64,000 nucleotides of DNA from the human T2T-CHM13v2.0 reference genome, Homo sapiens: the NCBI RefSeq assembly GCF_009914755.1, contig NC_060936.1. The stretch is one strand, 5' to 3'. The translations under genes and the position numbers were made by a program. Of the stretch, positions 57,918 through 64,000 are shown one piece after another. The notes under the pieces were generated by a model. That model saw only the letters and a program-made list of their open reading frames with translations. It was not told the DNA's origin and made no database searches. The first letter of the stretch is position 1, and each line of letters starts with the position of its first letter.

Positions 57918-59129
57918 CTAAGTGGTGAGACAGCTTCAAAAAGCCTAATGTAATGGGAGTCTGTGAAAGAAAGAAAAGGGTGAGAAAAAGCTTACAGAAA
58001 TAATAGCTGAAAATTTTACAAATTTTATGAAAACTATAAACCTATAGATCCAAAAAGTTCAACAAACACCAAGATTAAAAAAAAAATGAAAAAAAACTAG
58101 TCCAAGGTGCATCATAATCACATTACTTAAACCGGAATATGGAGCTTTTAAGAGAAAACCTTAAAAGTCACCAGAGAAAAACGACACATATGTACAGACA
58201 AAGATAAGAATAACATCAAATTTCTCATTTAAAACAATGCAAAAGAGAAGACAGTGATAAGGAAGCACATTTGCTGAAGTAATAAAGGAGGAGGGAGAAA
58301 GCTGTCAACCCGGAATTCTATACCCAGCAATAATACTGTTCAAAAAGGAAAGTGAAATAACTGTTTCTTAAGACATGCAAAACCTGAAAGGATCTACCAC
58401 AAGTAGAACTGAACTACCAGAAATGTGGAAGAAACTCCTTCAGGGAGAATGAAATGATATCACCAGATAGAAATATGAATCTATACAAAGTAATAAAAAG
58501 CTTTAGAAATAGTAATTACATAGATAAACATAGAGAATGTTTTTCTTATTATTCAAATATTTTTTAAAAGATAATTGACTGGTTAAACAAAAATAAAAAC
58601 AATGTAATATTGATTTTATAACATATAAAAATGTATAAGAAGAGCACAAAGGTTAGGAGGAAAGAAATGAAATTGTAATATTTTAAGGTTCTTATATATA
58701 AAGTGGTACATTATCACTTGAAGATAAAGTGTGATAAGTTAAAGATGTATACTACAAAGTTTAAAACAATCAGTAAAATAACACAACAAAGTTACAGCTA
58801 ATAAGCCAACAAAAAGAAGAAAGCTAACAATGGAATAAGAAAAAATATTCAATTATTCCAAAAAAAAAGCAGGAGGAGAGGGAAGGGGGAAACAAATAAC
58901 TGATAGGACAAAGAGAAAACAAATAATAGGATGATAGAGTTAAACCTAATTACATGGATAATCGTATTAAATGCAAATGGTCTAAACATCCCAAATAAAA
59001 GGCAGAGATTGTTAGACTGGCTTTTAAAACCTGACAAGACTCAACTATATGCTGCCTTAAGAAAATGCACTTTGAATAAAAAAGACATGAAGAGGTTAAA
59101 AGTAAAAGGATAGAAAGATATACCATGCT

Positions 59130-59254
59130 GGGAGGCTGAGGCAGGAGAATGGAGTGAACCCCGGGGGGCGGAGCATGCAGTGAGCCGAGGTTGCACCACT
59201 GCACTCCAGCCTAGGCGACAGCAAGACTCCGTCTCGGAAAAAAAAAAAAAAAAA
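59130..59254 (+). mobile_element. 5'-truncated Alu (right arm only) with 16-bp TSD
   Basis: TSD aaagatataccatgct. Confidence 0.9.
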
Positions 59255-61626
59255 AAAGATATACCATGCTAACACTACTCAAAATAAATCTGTAAAGTTT
59301 ATCTTAATGTCACACAAAGTAAACTTCAGAGCAAAGAATATTACCAAGGGTAAAGAAGGTAATTTCATAATGATTAAAGGGTCAATTAATCAAGAGGGTC
59401 AATTAATCAATCAGTATTTCAAGTGCATATTCACCTAATGACAGAGCTTCAAAATGCACGAAGCAAAAACTGACAGAACTACAAAGAGAAACATATAAAC
59501 TAATTCCTGATAAATGTTAAAAACGTTAATAGCCCTCTCTCAATAATTTATAGAATAAGTATACAGAAAATCAGTATGGATATAACAGATTTGAAAATTA
59601 TATCCACCAGCTCAACTTAGTTGACATTTATTGAACATTCTACCCAACAGTCCAACAGCAGAATATGCATTAGTTTCAAATGAACATGGAATATTCCACC
59701 AAGATGGGCCCATATCCTGGACCAGAGATCAAATCTCAGTAAGTTTAAAAGCATCCAAGTAATACAAAATTGGTTCTCTGACTAAATTAGAAATCTATCA
59801 GAGAAAGACATTTGGAAAATTGCCACCTATTTGGAAATTAGGTAACACATTTCTAAATAGCCTATGGCTCTACTGAAGTAATCAAAAGAGAAATTAGAAA
59901 GTATCTTGAATGGAATGAAATGAAACCCAGTATCATAATTTGTGGCATACTGCTAAAGCAGTACCTAGGAGATTTACTAAATGATAAAAGAAGAAAAGTT
60001 TCAAATCAATTACCTCGGCTTCCACCTTAAGAAATCAGAAATTATTGCTGAAATGAGGGTGTAGTTAAGAAAAAAAGAAAGAAAGAAATGAGAAGGATAA
60101 GAGCAAATGAAAGCCAAAGTAAGTCAAAGGAAATAAAAATCAGAGTGGAAATCAATAAAATGGAAAACAGGAAAGCAACAGAGAAAATCCATGAACCAAA
60201 AGCTGGTTCTTTGAGATAATAAAATTGATAAAATTTTAGAAGACACAAATTATCAGCATGACAAATGAGATGTATCCTCAGTAAAGATTCTATAGATATT
60301 AAAACAATAATAAGAAAAGATATGAAGAACTTTATGCCAGTAAGTGCAACAATTTAGGTAAAATAAAAAACGTAACTACCAAAGCCCACTCAAAAAGAAA
60401 CAGTCTGAATAGCCCTATAACTATTAAGGAAAATTCATTTTTGGTTTAAACCCATCCCACAAAAATTTCCAGGCTCAAATGACTTCAGTGGTGAATCCTC
60501 CAAATATTTAAGGAAGAAATAACAGCAATTCTACACAAACTCTTCCAAAAAATTGAAAAGATGGAATGCTTACCCAACCAATTTTATAAAGTGAGCATTA
60601 CCCTGATAATAAAAGCAGACAAATACATTATAAGAAAAGAAAGTTAAAGATCAACATATTTCATGAACATAAATGCCAAAATTCTAAATGATTTTAGGAA
60701 ATCAAATCTAACAATATGTTAATAGGACAATATATTATATAGTAATGTTTATCCCAGAGATACAAAGTGGGTTTAACATTTTAAAAAATCAACATAGTGT
60801 TGTAGTCTCCAGCTGTTATAATAAATGGATAAATAAATAATGTGACTCATCCTGTTAACAAATTACAAAAGAAAAACTATATGATCATTTCATAGGTACA
60901 GTAAAGTATTTGACTGAATCCAACAGTCATTCCTAATAAAAACTCCCAGCAATGATGAGGAGAAGAGAACTTCCTCAACTTGATAGAGGGCATCTACAAA
61001 AAAACCCTACAGCTAACATCATACTTAATTGTAAAAGACTGCTAAGATTGAGAATAAAACAAGTGTCTATTCTTACTACTTCTATTCAATACTGTACTGG
61101 GGATTCTAGCCATAGAATCTAGCCAATAAAGCAAGATAAGGAATTAAAGGTTATTCCGATTTAAAAGGAAAAAATAACACTGCTTTATTCTCAGAAGACA
61201 TGATATTCTACAATGAAAATCCTTTGGAATGCACACAAAAAAAAACCTATTAGAACCAATCAGTGAGTTTAGCAAGTTTGCAGGATACAGGATGGGCATA
61301 CACAAATCAATTGTGTATGTATTAGGAATAAACAACCATAAATTAAAATGTAGGAAATAATACCATTTACAATAGCATCAAAAATATTAAATACTTAGGA
61401 ATAAATCTGACAAAAGTTGTGAAAGATATATGTACACTCACAACTACAAAACATTGCTGAGAGAAATTAATGAAGAGCTAAATAAATGGAGAGTCATACC
61501 ATATTCAGGATCAGAAGACTTAATATCATTAAAATGTCAATTCTTTCCAAATTGATCTATAGATTTAATACAATCCTAATCAAAAGCACAACAGACTTTT
61601 TTGTAGAAATTCACAAATTCTTTCTA

Positions 61627-62055
<429 letters not shown>

Positions 62056-62506
62056 TTATATTATCCTCAAGCACAGTAATGAACACAGTGTGGTACTGGT
62101 GTCAAAATAAACAGATCAATGGAACAGAGTAGAATTCATCAACAGACCCACATATATACAAATAACTCATTTTTGATGAAGGTATAAAGGCAATTCATTG
62201 GAAATAGGATAGTCTTTTCAACAAATGGTGCTGGCATAAGTGAATACCCATACAACCCCCCAGAAATGAACTTCAACCCATACCTTCACTGTATACAAAA
62301 ATTAAGCCAAAATGAAACATAGAGCTAAATGTCAAACCTAAAACTATACATCTTCTAGAAGAAAATATGAGGCCTTGGGTTAGGCAAAGATCTCTTTATA
62401 TGATATCAAAAGTATGGTTTATAAAATAAATAATTTATAAACCAGACATCATAAAAATTTAAAACGCCTTCTCTTCTAAAGACACTGTTAGAAACAGGAA
62501 AAACAG

Positions 62507-62823
62507 TCCAGGTGCAGTGGCTCACGCCTGTAATCCCAGCACTTTGGGAGGCCAAGGCTGGAGGATCGCTTGAGCCCAGGAGTTTGAGATCAGCCTAGGC
62601 AACATAGTGAGACCTCGTCTCTACCAAAAAAAAAAAAAGTTTTTAATTTTCCGGGCATGGTGGCACATGCCTATAGTCGCAGCTACTTTTGGGAGGCTGT
62701 GGTGGGAAGATCATTTGAGCTCAGAAGGTCAAGGATGCAGTGAGCCGTGACTGCACCATTGCACTGCACCATTGCACTTCGGCCTGGGTGACAGAGTGAG
62801 ATCCCATCTCAAAAAAAAGAAAA
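62507..62823 (+). mobile_element. AluJ-like element in L1
   Basis: Diverged dimer plus tail. Confidence 0.85.
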
Positions 62824-64000
62824 GGAAAATTACAAAACACAGAATGAAAAAAATAGTATTTGTAAAATGCATTTCTGATAAAGGACTTGTGTGTTAGAAT
62901 ATATGAAGATACCTCGATAACAAAGGATAAACTACTGATACATGAAAACTATAAATGAAACTCTAAATAATTATGCTGTATCATAATTATCAACATACCA
63001 TATGATTCCATTTATATAATATTCTAAGAAACGCAAACTAAGGTATGGTGGTATCACAATTTTCATAATTATCAACACACTGTATGATTCCATCTATATA
63101 ATATTCTAAGAAAAACAAACTAGTTTAGTTTGCATTTAGCATAATTATTGATTGCACTGGGATGTGATGGCAGGAGTGAAGTTGGGAGGAAGGAATTAGA
63201 AAGAGACAGGAGTAACTGTTTTGGAAGTGATGGACATGTTTACTATCTCAATTGTGACAGTGGTTTCATGCGTATATACATATGTCAAAATTTATCAAAT
63301 TGTACACTTTAACTATGTGTGGTTTATTGTAAGTTAATGAGGAACCCAGTTCTCCAGTTCTTCACCTCCCACTTCTCAAGGTTGTATTCTACACATCCAT
63401 AATTCAGGCACTAAGGGGGACTTGATCATGAGGACAAAGAAGGAAAGGTAGCAAACAATTCAGCCAAAGAAGTCCATAAATCAACCCAAGGTTTGCTGAG
63501 CAGGAAGGAAAACAGGAAAGATAGAACCCAGCAGCTGACAGGAACAGTCACTGTGGAGAGCCCAGTCCAGAAAGAAACAGCTATGGGCCCAGCCCAAGCC
63601 CCTTCCCATATTCATGCTTCCTGCTCTTTCTCTATAAACCAAGCCAATGTTTAACTCTGGGCCCTGTGGTCAGCTGCTCCCACCTCCTTCCTCTGCCTCG
63701 TTGAGCTCCTTGGCAGCCTGCCAAGAGGGACAAAGTCCACACCTGCAAGGAGGGGCTACAGGCCCTAGAAGTGTGAGAGGGGTCGGGGTGGGAGGGAGCC
63801 AAGGGGGCCAGGTACGGACTGAGGAGTGCTGAAGGGCATTCTGCCTCTTCCCCTCCGCAGGTACCACCATCAAAAGATGAAGTTAGTCCTGGGGATGGGG
63901 GGTGGAGTTCACAGTAACCTGCACCCCCATATCATCCATACTAGTCTCCTCAAAAATTCTAAAATGTGCTGGCATTTTCTCCGTGAGATAGGAGAGACCA

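Overview
This is primate, almost certainly human, genomic DNA from the tandem SLC6A12/SLC6A13 locus (12p13.33 from established knowledge). Both genes are on the minus strand. SLC6A12 (betaine/GABA transporter BGT1) is complete for its coding sequence: 14 coding exons from ATG 20908 to TAG 1059, giving 1845 nt or 614 aa, all with GT-AG introns that I checked by hand. Upstream 5'UTR exons and two tonicity-responsive (TonE/NFAT5) elements lie near 25.56-25.64 kb. SLC6A13 (GAT2) contributes its last 13 coding exons (54664 to stop at 31877); its start exon lies beyond the right edge. The rest is ordinary mammalian intronic and intergenic content: an intragenic CpG island with signals for an antisense spliced RNA, many Alus, solo LTRs (MER41, MER11, MaLR), an old fragmented L1, MIR/L2/DNA-transposon relics, a ~1.1 kb (ATCC)n tract and several minisatellites. 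I find no prokaryotic, CRISPR or wholly new gene system. The best leads are regulatory and structural: a 7x95-bp VNTR upstream of the osmotic promoter, the antisense RNA, a templated insertion inside a MER41 LTR, an exon flanked by two LTRs, and patchy paralog identity suggestive of gene conversion. Repeat subfamily names and boundaries are by eye and approximate.
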